Shown here one piece after another: positions 27,148 to 38,499 of a DNA stretch of 64,000 bases. The position numbers and the translations under genes are program-made. The first letter of the stretch is position 1. Every line of letters starts with the position of its first letter. The notes under the pieces are model-generated. The model did not search any database, was not told the DNA's origin, and saw only the letters and a program-made list of their open reading frames with translations. Location: assembly GCA_010909165.1 (NCBI GenBank), contig VJWM01000063.1, positions 1,178,001 to 1,242,000 of the forward strand. The letters are read 5' to 3'. Source of the stretch: Anthoceros angustus. Taxonomy: Eukaryota > Plantae > Anthocerotophyta.

Positions 27148-27532
27148 GAGCCGCGAGGTGTGAGGCGTCGCGAGTGTTGCCGCGACCCTCTACTTGGCGC
27201 TGCCACCTTGGCTGAACGGCGCGCCTTCCCACTTGTAGCTGCACCCAAGCGCTTCAGGTTGGAGGCGTCGCGCTTCCCCAGGTGAAGCGCCATCACCGGT
27301 TGGCGGTCCCCTCAACCAACCGCCACCACAAGTCGGAGCGCTGGGGATGGATTTGTCGAGCCACACACGAAGAGCCAATCAATTCTGCGCTTACTTGGCC
27401 CTCCCTGTGTGCCGGGACAGACCCTTTCCCTGCGACCGTTTTAGTTAGAGCACAATCACAGAACGAAGAGCAGTGTTCTCCATACCTTTTGCCCTTCTCT
27501 AGGTCATAACCTTTAAGAGGGGGTCCTTGCGT

Positions 27533-30500
27533 ATGTCTGACAGCTCTACGTCCTCCCAAGGCAGTGGTGATCCAGCGCACATCAGCGATTTTAGTTCAGA
27601 CAATTCTGACATTCCAAACCCCATTGTAGACCAATTAGCAGAGCAGCTGCGACGGCTTACCTTGTCTGTCAACATGGGCACTAATCAACCACCACCTCCC
27701 CGCCGCATCGGCTGACTGCACTCCACCTTCACGGACATGAAGGAGAAGGATCGCTTCAACGGCACCAAGTACCCGGTATGGAAGGTGCGCATGCGATCAG
27801 CTCTCGAAGCCCGTGGAGTGTGGGGAGTTGTGGACCAGTCAGCCCCAGAGCCGGATCCCAACAGCACGCCTCCACCATCTGCCCTGGCAGTAGAGCGTTG
27901 GCTGTCCCTAAATTCCATCGCCCTTGCTTTCATCATTAATGGCCTGGATGAAGACCTTGTACCTACAGTGGAATTCCACACACGAGCACATCAAGTCTGG
28001 GACCAGCTTGCTAACACATACCAAGTTAAAAATCTGATGTCCCTCTGTGCTGTAAGACAGGAATTCTACACGTTGAAGATGAGGGAGGGGGAGAAGATGG
28101 CCGCCCACGTCACCAAATTTCGTCAGCTCAGGTCTCAATTGCTGAGCATGGGCACGAAAATGGAGGCGGAGCCCACCCTCACCTCCTCACAACGTTACCA
28201 CCTTACCAAGGCTTCATCACCACACAGAATACTCCATGCCACAGCTCGGTGGCGGACTTCAACCTATACAGTGGACATCCTTGTGGGCGCCTTGTTTCAG
28301 GAAGAACAAGCCGAGCAACTCATCCGAGGCTCTCGTTCCAAGGGAGATAAGGTTACATGCGCAAGGCACACATCAAACCGAAACAAGGGTAAATCTCACA
28401 ACAATCAGAAGTCTGGCTCCAGTCCTTCTAACCCAACCAAGAGGACAGGGAATTGTAATTGGTGTGGGATTGCCGGGCACTGGGCCCGTGAATGTAAGAA
28501 AAAGAAGGCTGGTGAGCCACAAAGGACTTCTAAAAATTCTGCTAGTGTCGTCAAGGAGAAACCCATTGAGACCAAAAGTGTGGTCAAGATACTTACAGTC
28601 TGCTCGGTTAGCTCTATTCAGGACATTGAGAGTTGGTACTTAGATTCAGGTGCCACAGCTCACATTTGTCGCAATGAGAACCAGTTCACCTCCCTGAGCT
28701 TGTGTTGTGAGAACGATAAAGTTCTTCTTGGAGATGAACAGACAAACAGCAGCCTGCAAGTCAAGGGGCAAGGCAAGGTCACTTTTCAGTTGAAGGATGG
28801 TTCAGAACTAATTCGAACGCGTCCTACGTATTACCATGGCGAAGAACTTGTTATCGAGCCACCCGAGAACTCTCGAGATGAAAGCCACTGGTGATATGTG
28901 TATCTTCTACAGAAAGTTGACCCCTGACATCTGCATCTTCAAGGGTTCGCTTGAACATGATTTGTATCGCCTTGACCTATTGCCTGTGAAGCCTGCTATA
29001 GTTCACAGTGCCGGGTTAGCAGATTTGAACACCAAACAGTTGGCTCTGTTATGGCACGCGAGACTTGGGCACCCCAACAGGCAGAAATTGGTGAACATGT
29101 CCGTGAGACAATGTCACAGGGAACCACTTCCCCGTTGTTTCAAGGACCTACCATCCTGCGAGGCGTGCATCATTGCCAAGCAGAAGGAGCATCCTTTTCC
29201 TTCCACACCAGCATACAGAGCTACTTCTGTCCTGGACCTGGTCCATGCTGATACATCTGGCAGGATTCAGGTGCCTTCCATTGGTGGCTCCAACTACTAT
29301 CTTACCAGGGCGATTACAGTCGTTCATTGGACATTCCCAATGCAAATGGAAAAGTGACACATTCGAACTCTTCAAGGGTGGCTTCCGCGGCAGCAAAGCG
29401 TTCATTGTTGAAATACCTACGCATGCATAATGGAACCGAGTTCATCAATGCCGTTTTTGATGATTACCTCATTGCGGAAGGCATCCAGAGACAGCTCATT
29501 GTCCCATATACACCCCAGCAAAATGGGGTTGCTGAGAGGAAGAACCAGACTCTTCTGGCCATGACTCGGAGCATGCTGCTCTGGTCTGGACTTTCTCAAG
29601 CATACTGGGCTGAGGCTATCGTTGCCGCAACATACATCTTGAACAGAATCATGACCAATTCTGTTCCGGATAAGACTCCCTATGAGGTCCTTCATAAGAG
29701 GAAGCCGAGCCTATTACACCTGCGTGTTTTCGGCTCTCGAGCATACGCACTTGTTCCCTCAGAGAAGCGTCGTAAGCTAGACCCTCGAGCACAAGCCCTC
29801 ATTTTTGTAAGTCGTGAGCAGTCTAAGGCTTGGGCTATACTGATCTAGCTACTCGGAAGATGTCCCTCGTAAGGCGAATTCTACGTTGAAGATGAGGGAG
29901 GGGGAGAAGATGGCCGCCCACGTCACCAAATTTCGTCAGCTCAGGTCTCAATTGCTGAGCATGGGCACGAAAATGGACGAGCTGGACGCGGCAGCTCACC
30001 TCCTCACAACGTTACCACCTTCGTACCAAGGCTTCATCACCACACAGAATACTCCATACCTGACAGCCTCAGCTGGCCGGACTTCAACCTATACAGTGGA
30101 CATCCTTGTGGGCGCCTTGTTTCAGGAAGAACAAGCCAGGAGCAACTCATCTGGAGGCTCTCGTTCCAAGGGAGATAAGGTTCTGTCTGCAAGGCACACA
30201 TCAAACCGAAACAAGGGTAAATCTCACAACAATCAGAAGTCTGGCTCCAGTCCTTCTAACCCAACCAAGAGGACAGGGAATTGTAATTGGTGTGGGATTG
30301 CCGGGCACTGGGCCCGTGAATGTAAGAAAAAGAAGGCTGGTGAGCCACAAAGGACTTCTAAAAATTAATCTGTCGTCAAGGAGAAACCCATTGAGACCAA
30401 AAGTGTGGTCAAGATACTTACAAGTTAGCTCTATTCGGGACATTGAGAGTTGGTACTTAGATTCAGGTGCCACAGCTCACATTTGTCGCAATGAGAACCA

Positions 30501-33500
30501 GTTCACCTCCCTGAGCTTGTGTTGTGAGAACGATAAAGTTCTTCTTGGAGATGAACAGACAAACAGCAGCCTGCAAGTCAAGGGGCAAGGCAAGGTCACT
30601 TTTCAGTTGAAGGATGGTTCAGAACTAATTCTGGAACGCGTCCTATACGTACCAGCCATGGCGAAGAACTTGTTATCGCTGAGCCAGCTTCTGAAGCTGA
30701 GAACTCTCGAGATGAAAGCCACTGGTGATATGTGTATCTTCTACAGAAAGTTGACCCCTGACATCTGCATCTTCAAGGGTTCGCTTGAACATGATTTGTA
30801 TCGCCTTGACCTATTGCCTGTGAAGCCTGCTATAGTTCAGTCGGGTTAGCGATTTGAACATTGGCTCTGTTATGGCACGCGAGACTTGGGCACTAACAGT
30901 GCGAAATTGGTGAACATGTCCGTGAGACAATGTCACAGGGAACCACTTCCCCGTTGTTTCAAGGACCTACCATCCTGCGAGGCGTGCATCATTGCCAAGC
31001 AGAAGGAGCATCCTTTTCCTTCCACACCAAAGACATCTGAGCTATACATCTGGACCGTCCATCTTGATACATCTGGCAGGATTCAGGTGCCTTCCATTGG
31101 TGGCTCCAACTACTATCTTACCTTGACAGACGATTACAGTCGTTACAGCTGGACATTCCCAATGCAGCGGAAAAGTGACACATTCGAACTCTTCAAGGAG
31201 TGGCTTCCTGCAGTACAACGCCAAACAGGTTCATTGTTGAAATACCTACGTACAGACAATGGAACCGAGTTCATCAATGCCGTTTTTGATGATTACCTCA
31301 TTGCGGAAGGCATCCAGAGACAGCTCATTGTCCCATATACACCCCAGCAAAATGGGGTTGCTGAGAGGAAGAACCAGACTCTTCTGGCCATGACTCGGAG
31401 CATGCTGCTCTGGTCTGGACTTTCTCAAGCATCTTTGAGGCTATCGTTGCCGCAACATACATCTTGAGCAGAATCATGACCAATTCATTGGATAAGACTC
31501 TATGAGGTCCTTCATAAGAGGAAGCCGAGCCTATTACACTGCGGCTCGAGCATCTGACTTGTTCCCTCGGGCGTGTAAGCTAGACCCTCGAGCACAAGCC
31601 CTCATTTTTGTAGGGTACAGCGAACAGTCTAAGGCTTACCGACTATATGATCTAGCTACTCAGAAGATGTCCCTGTCACGCAGTGTGACCTTCATCGAGC
31701 CCAAGCACCCTCCGCATGCCTATGTCCCAGATTCAGAGGGAGCCACTCCACTGTCTGATGAGACAGAGGGAGCCCTTGCTCCCTTAGCATCTAATGGGCA
31801 GGTCACTTATCACATGTATCCACAACATGCTGATCCTGCAGATGAACCACCAGATGTAGCCGCTCCGGATCACGTGTTACCTGCAGCTCCCCCACCTGAT
31901 GATGCTGCAGATGTGGATCTTGTCCCTGAGATATCCGCTCCAGCTCATCTTGCGGAACCTGGCTCACCCGCCCATTCTCAGGCCTCTGCAGATCCTCAAG
32001 ATGACTTCAACTTTTTTGAACAAGATCCAGACTCAGCAGATGCTGTCCATCCGGTGGAGGACCTGGTCCTACCAGTCCCTGCAGCTCCTGAAGCCCCATC
32101 TGAAGAGGTGGCTCCTAGACGTTCTGGTCGCCACCGACCGCCTCCCGAACAGTGGACTGAACCAAGATATCAATCCATTGACTTCAGGAACCGAGAGCAG
32201 AACACGCCACATAACGCCTCGACATTCCCCGATGAGCCACGCGTACTACGTGAAGCATATCACGGCTCCGGCAAGCATTGGCATGTCGCGGTGGAGGATG
32301 AGTACCAATCACTGATTAAAAACAAGACCTGGACTCTTGTCGACCTGCCACCTGGCCGCAAGCCCATATCCTGTAAATGGGTCTTCAAACATAAATTGAA
32401 TGCTGAAGGCACAATTGCTCGCTACAAGGCCAGATTAGTGGCTCGTGGCTTCACTCAGGTGGAAGGCCTGGACTACCAGGAGACATTCTCTCCTGTTGTT
32501 CGGGCCCAGTCCATTCGCATGCTTCTGGCAATGGCTGCCGAATTCGACTTGGAGCTATGGCAGATGGACGTTTGCACAACATATCTTTATGGCTCTCTCG
32601 ACGAGGAACTCTACATGCAACAGCCAGAAGGTTACGTTAGCAAGCAACATCCACATAAGGTTCTGAAATTGCTAAAGTGCATCTATGGGCTTAAACAATC
32701 TGGTAGGGTTTGGTACTTTACCATTCATGTTTACCTGCTAGGTCTGTCCTTTGTCCAAAGTGCTGCAGATACTAACGTCTACAGGTTGGTTCGCGGTTCT
32801 TCTTTTGTTGTGATTGCATTGTATGTCGATGATGTGATCCTGGTCACCAACAGCAAACCTCTGTTAGCTGAGGTCAAACAGATGCTTAGTGACAAATTCG
32901 ACATGAAGGACATAGGAGTTCTCAAGTTCTGTCTAGGGATCCAGATCCTTAGAGTTCGTGAGGAGGGCCTCCTAATCATTCATCAACATAAGTACATTCG
33001 TGAGATCCTGCATAAGTTTAAGATGGATTAGGCGCGTCCAGCAGTCACCCCATCCGCTGTAGGCATCAAATTGACAGTTGCTCAATGCCCTACCTCCAAT
33101 GAAGACAAACAGGACATGGCAGAAGTGCCCTATAGGCATGCCGTCGGTAGCCTTCTTTTTGTGGCCAATTGGACCCGCCCCGATATCCAGTATGCAGTCA
33201 GTACAGCCTCTCAGTTTATGGAAAACCCTGGCCGTCCCCACTGGGTAGCCGTGAAGCGCATCTTCAGGTACCTGCAAGGCACCCACAATTATGGATTATT
33301 TTATAAGAGAAGTGGGACCGGGAAATTTCACCTATCAGGTTTTACGGACGCTGACTGGGGCTCGGACAGTGATGGTCGTCGCAGCTTATCCACTTATTGC
33401 TTCCTTCTGGCCAATGCTTCTGTAAGCTGGAGTTGTAAGAAACAGACCTCTATCGCTCTGTCTTCGACTGAAGCTGAGTATAAATCACTTACAGAGGCCT

Positions 33501-33826
33501 CCAAAGAGGCAGAGTGGGCACGCCAGTTCTTAACAGACCTTGGTCACCCACAGCCTGGGCCTACTCTCCTCTTGTGTGACAACACTGGAGCCCTTGAGCT
33601 TGTCGCCACACCCCGATATCGTGCTAGGACAAAACACATAGAGATCCAGCACCATTATATCAGAGACGTGGCCGCACGGGGAGTGGTTCAAGTTGATTAT
33701 GTTGACACCGATCTCAATACTTCAGACATCTTTACCAAGCCCCTGCCCAAGTTCAAGCACTATGCTCATATGGCTGGCCTTGGCCTGCAGGACTATGCTG
33801 CCTATTTTACACCGACAACAGCATGA
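27533..33826 (+). pseudogene. Copia gag-pol polyprotein, disrupted by frameshifts, an internal duplication and an in-frame TAG at 33029-33031
   Basis: FNGTKYPVWKVRM (gag N-terminus), CNWCGIAGHWAREC zinc knuckle, WYLDSGATAH protease, LWHARLGH plus TDNGTEF and TPQQNGVAER integrase, YKARLVARGF and LYVDD RT, FTDADWG and KHIEIQHHYIR RNase H. Confidence 0.95.
28062..31675 (+). repeat. About 1.8-kb tandem duplication inside the Copia (gag C-terminus through integrase)
   Basis: GAATTCTAC(AC)GTTGAAGATGAGGGAG at 28062 and 29876; both copies end GATCTAGCTACTC(G/A)GAAGATGTCCCT. Confidence 0.95.
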
Positions 33827-34238
33827 GCTCGAGAACTTATCCGATAGGGGGTGGGAACCCGAGTTCCGTTAAATTAGTCAACGCTTTCCCTCTCCAGATA
33901 AGGGTTCTGCAGACATAGTTCGATCCGTCGCACGTAATTTAGCGCTGCGGTGGATGAAGCTTATCGACTGATCAAATCACGAGCGGCCTCATGGCTTCCT
34001 TCAGCTCCCTCGCTAGAAGGCACAAACTCCACGGGCAAGGGGACCTTGGCGGCCATCTTCAGCAGCTCGAAGGCATGCTCAGCCGTGTCTTCAGTCGCTT
34101 GAGGACGCCTCGGCTACCACTTGCTTGCTACTAACTTCCCGACCATTTGCCTTCCCATCCAAGAACTCCGATCACCGCTCCACCACGAAGGCGTCCGGTT
34201 ACATCCTCGCCTGCTTTCTTTCGATGGCGGCTGTTCCT

Positions 34239-34406
34239 TTACCGCGTTTTCTTCTCCTTTGGTGGACGCGTGCAGCTGGGGGTATCCACTCCATATTTCC
34301 GCCCGCTGCGTGTCGTCATGCTCCAGAGGTGAATTACGACGATAAGGGCAGCTGCCGCAACAAGAAGCGCCGCAAGAGCAAGGGTTTCCGCTGTTGATTT
34401 GGCCAT
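34239..34406 (-). CDS. Antisense small ORF (55 aa) encoding a predicted single-pass membrane protein in the Copia 3' region
   Basis: MAKSTAETLALAALLVAAAALIVVIHLWSMTTRSGRKYGVDTPSCTRPPKEKKTR*; below the ORF-track cutoff; start context GAGATGG. Confidence 0.4.
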   Translation of the reverse strand: MAKSTAETLALAALLVAAAALIVVIHLWSMTTRSGRKYGVDTPSCTRPPKEKKTR

Positions 34407-34520
34407 CTCTGGATCCTGGAGCTAGATTGTGCTGGGCGAGATGGCGCTTCCGCTTCCTCACAGAACGGAACGTGGTGCCAAGTGTTTCTGCTGCTGTAAC
34501 GAGTTGACGTCGTTTAGGTT

Positions 34521-34529
34521 AAGAGGGAG
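34521..34529 (+). promoter_or_regulatory. Polypurine tract of the Copia element
   Basis: AAGAGGGAG directly before the 3' LTR. Confidence 0.9.
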
Positions 34530-34712
34530 TGTCGAAGGGGTAACCCTACACTAGTCAACCTATGGATACATATTAGGGTTATATGTTAGACCTAAATCAA
34601 TGGTACTTAAGAGACAATTTTTTTCATTATTCTTTAATCAATACATTTGGTAGCATGTACGCACAAGGCTCTCGCTCTCCGGCTCTCACCTTCTGCTACC
34701 CCCAAAATCACA
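34530..34712 (+). repeat. 3' LTR of the Copia element
   Basis: 183 bp, near-identical to 26313-26495, followed by the TSD CAGAC. Confidence 0.97.
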
Positions 34713-34717
34713 CAGAC

Positions 34718-35815
34718 ACCTGTGCAAGAAGCCACAGAGGGGATTCCACAGCTGTGGCCCTCATCCAAGAAGACTGGTGGTTTTCAGTTGTGTGGTGGAC
34801 ATATTCGAACTTTGCAATTTGAAGAAGCGGGGTATAATCCGGTCAGGATGGAAGGTGAAGTGATTCCGAGTAAGAATGATGTGTTCACAGGAAAGCATGG
34901 GACCATGTCGCTTGCGGATTTTGAGGAGAAGTTCTGATGGTGACTCAATGAAATGAGGTTAAAATACAAGGAGCAATTCACGGCAGAGATGGCCTTACGA
35001 AAGATGAGTACTTACCTTGCAGGTGAGGCACTGATGTGTTATCGGGAGTCTGATCAAGGATGAAATCTTGGAAGAGGTAGAGGATTTCACTTGCATAGTG
35101 GGAATAAGGCGAATAATGAAGAAATCAGCAAGAGAAACGTTCTCCATAGACATGTTTCCTAGTTCTCATGTTTGGACGAAATGCAGTGCAGCTCAACATC
35201 GTCCACGATAGATATTCAAAACCAGTGGACTAGAGCAGCAACTCAGATGCATGTTTGCAAGAGCTACAAGCAAGAGGTAGATTATTGAAGTGGGTGTTGC
35301 CCATGGCAATGGACAACTTAGCCATTTCTCAATACAGGGACCAGCTTTGCTATGCCTTTACTTGTGGAGGTTCGTGGAAACCCAAGGCTCGAAAATTTCA
35401 GGCAGGAGATTTTGTCTACTTGCAGCATAGGCCTGCGAGCACCCTGAATGTGACACTGGGAGGCTTATCCTCACAGTCGTGCAAGTGGGAGACCAAGGGG
35501 TCATTGAACTTGAAGGGAGTGATGAAAGTCGATGCAAAGAGCACATGAGGCATTTGGCATTTGGCATTTGGCCCCGTGCCACTTGCCCAAGCTCGACAGC
35601 ACAGTAAGACCTCAGGTTTGGGTTCCTCCCACTGATTTACCATGTGAAAAATATGGCCACATCACAGATCCTGAGCTCTTGTCGCTCTGTGATCGATGCA
35701 ACAAAGGCTTTCACATGTTCTGTTTGCGACCTCGACTCACGATAGTACCAGCAAGAGATTGGTAATGTGAGAGTTGTTTGACGTTCCCTAGTTAGATGTC
35801 TTTAGGTGGGGGGGC
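34718..35815 (+). mobile_element. Internally deleted Ty3/Gypsy-like relic: gag fragment, integrase C-terminus with PHD finger, then PPT
   Basis: FTGKHGTMSLADFEEKF...STYLAGEAL (gag-like); MDNLAISQYRDQ...KFQAGDFVYL (IN tail); CEKYG...LCDRCNKGFHMFCLRP...W*CESC (C4HC3 PHD); purine tract AGGTGGGGGGG followed by C and TG at 35816. Confidence 0.75.
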
Positions 35816-37126
35816 TGCCATGTAAAGAGCGCTAGGCAGATGCTCCCAAGCCCGGACAAGGCGCAGCCACAGCTCTAGGTGAGACAAAGGGGCATCATTT
35901 GCTGAACAGGCACATATGAAGATGCATGTCAAGTTGGCAACTCGCTCCACGCCCTACCACATTGATGAGGTGATTGTCCACGACAGTGAGTGGCATGGTC
36001 TGCACTTGGAGCTGGGCCCACGCTAAACGTCTCAAGATTCAAAAGATGCAAAAACTTCTCACTACTAGTTCAAAGTTTTAACCACTAGAAAAAAGATGAG
36101 GGCTAAGTAAAGATAGGAACATATCCACATTAGGGAGGTGCACAAAAAAGATTGAAAACGTCAACAAGAACCCTTTAAAGCAACAAAAATAACAAAAAAA
36201 TTAATAAAAATATCAAAATCTTAGGGCAAGTGCGCGCACTTGTGGCGCACTTGCCTCAAAAAATTAGAATTTTTTGAAATTTTTTTGGGATTTTTTAGCT
36301 TTTTTGCTCTTTTTTTCTTTGTATGAACCGTCTGGGAATGCACTAAGAGGCATGGACCATATGGGTTCATTCTCCTAGGCCCTTCTTGATCTTGGGTGCA
36401 CGCACTTGTGCGAGCACCTGGGCCCCCTTGCCCCTTGGTGCGCACAAAAGTACGCACATCTGGGCCCCCTTCCCTCCATGTGCACGCACTTGTTCACCTA
36501 GCTGGGCCCCCCTGGCATGTTTGATGATAACCCGATACTAGGTCACCGCCGAAAGAGAGGAAACACTGTAAAGGATAAAAAGGGGATAGGGTGTTCTTCG
36601 TCGCATTAGGGCATAGGATAGATATATGAGAGCGGTCTAGGTGAACCCCGATGTTTGCTACTTGTTATTTTGTCGGGAGTTCCGGCACATCCTCAGACCT
36701 CCAAAGGGACATGTTTCCCCATTAGAAGATCATTTTTCGCGTTCTTTTTGCACAGTGCACGCACAAATTTGTGCATATTGTTGTACCAGGCGCACACTTG
36801 TGTGCGTCTAGGCCTCCCTGGAATACAAAAACATAGAGAACCACACAAAATACAGAAACTACGGACAGGACAAAATTCTGGAACAATGAGGTCATTGACC
36901 CTTCATCACGCTGACTAAATCACAATGAATCTGATTAGAAGGCGCTAGCTCGGTGTAAATGACTTGACAGGAAGTGGCGCCGGAGCTGAGAATGCCAGAT
37001 TTCGATGGATGAACACCTACAAAAAACAACAAAAACCAAACCAACTTGAGTTTTCGGCGAAATAGGGTTGGAATTTTTACCAAAATCCCTTTTGACAGGA
37101 GAAACCCCTTTCTACACAAACGTTGT

Positions 37127-38497
37127 TGAGACCTCAGCTGTGACCTAATGTGGCCTAATGTGGCCATGGACTATCTTTGCCTCACCATGATGCTGGCATA
37201 AAGCGATAAGAGGTCATGTACATAATAATGCTATAGGCTGTGTAGCTAGGATGCATGATGGATGATGCCATGGGTGCATGACATGTGTATGTGCATGTGA
37301 CAAATGAATGGCATGTGGCATGTGGATGGGCATGGACATAAGGATTTGTCCATAGATATTAATCATAGAATATTAGGTTAATATAGAAAAGGGACAAAGG
37401 GATATTCATAGCATAGATATTTATATGTTATTAGCAGGCTGATATCGAGATAAAGGAAATATGGTAGCGAGATAAAGGGCAGCCATAGGCTATATATGTA
37501 GGGCCGGGCGCCATTTAGAACTTGGATTAGCATATGTCATCATAGATTATCTTATTGATAATAAGGGCAGACATACTTGTCCCACATCTTGTCCCCTTTC
37601 CTTGCATCTTGTTGGGTGTGCTAGCATCCCAGGTGGTTGGGAGCGCTTTTCATTGTTCGCGGGATTAGGATTTCACTGAGTTGCTGAGCAGGCAAGACAG
37701 CCCCGGAGAGACTGATCAAGGTCCTGGTGACGGACCCTAATGTGTGGTGGTGTGTGCAGGGGCAAACGATCAGAGACCCTTGCTCCTGGGCGGTGGCCGG
37801 CGTCAGGCGAGGAGCGTGAGACGGTGGAACTCGGGAGGTGTGTAGAGCCCGGACGGAGAGGCCTGGTGGAGCGGCGATGGAGGTCCGGACCACGCAACCC
37901 ACCCACTCTTCCCCAACTGGTGATGAGCGTAGTGAGCGTGGTAAGGGAGACGGACTAGACGAAACATAAGACGAACTGGTAGGATACGGACGTGAGCAGG
38001 TCCTTAAAGCGTTTGCTTGGCGAACTATTGGCTTAAATGGTGGGAGTGAAACCGAGCGCGTTGAGATCTCGGATAGAAACGGCCACGACGATGAGGCGAG
38101 AATCGGTCTGAGACGTGCAAAACAGAACCCATCATTCCCGCGCCACACCGTGCCCTTGTCACTCGCCCACTGCCGGCTGCCTCCTCTACCCCTCCTCCCG
38201 TTTTCCTCTTTCGGCCTCCACCCTTTACCACAGGTGGCATCGCCTCAACTGGGGCTCCACTGTGCAGGTCCATGCTCTCAGCATCCGAGACTGCAAGATA
38301 TGTGTCTGGCTCGAAATTAGGCACATCGTCTTCTTTGTTTTTTGGTGGCTTTGGTAGTTAGCTAATAATTCTATTTTGCAGGCTTATAAGCACATATTTA
38401 AGTGATAATCCTATTTTTGAGGCTTATCCAAACCCTGAAGCTTAGTGCTTCAAAGACTGAGACCTCAGCCGTGACTTAATGTGGCCATGGACAGCTA
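37127..38497. mobile_element. LTR-like relic bounded by about 40-bp direct repeats
   Basis: TGAGACCTCAGC(T/C)GTGAC(C/T)TAATGTGGCC at 37127 and 38458; internal TATA-like motif; GC-rich unidentified ORFs at 37740-38330. Confidence 0.4.
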
Positions 38498-38499
38498 TG

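Larger units (their letters stand above)
26313..34712 (+). mobile_element. Full-length Ty1/Copia LTR retrotransposon, very recent insertion
   Basis: 183-bp TG...CA LTRs, 5-bp TSD CAGAC (26308-26312 and 34713-34717), PBS, PPT, and gag-PR-IN-RT-RH domain order. Confidence 0.98.

Noticed and set aside
33029-33031. Programmed stop read-through or U-to-C-edited stop in Copia pol
   Set aside because: It lies inside RT, where read-through is not expected; a CAG-to-TAG mutation or sequencing error is simpler, and PPR editing is organellar
36083-36096. CACTA-like terminus CACTAGAAAAAAGA (also CACTAAAAAA at 53212)
   Set aside because: No matching inverted terminus with a 3-bp TSD was found
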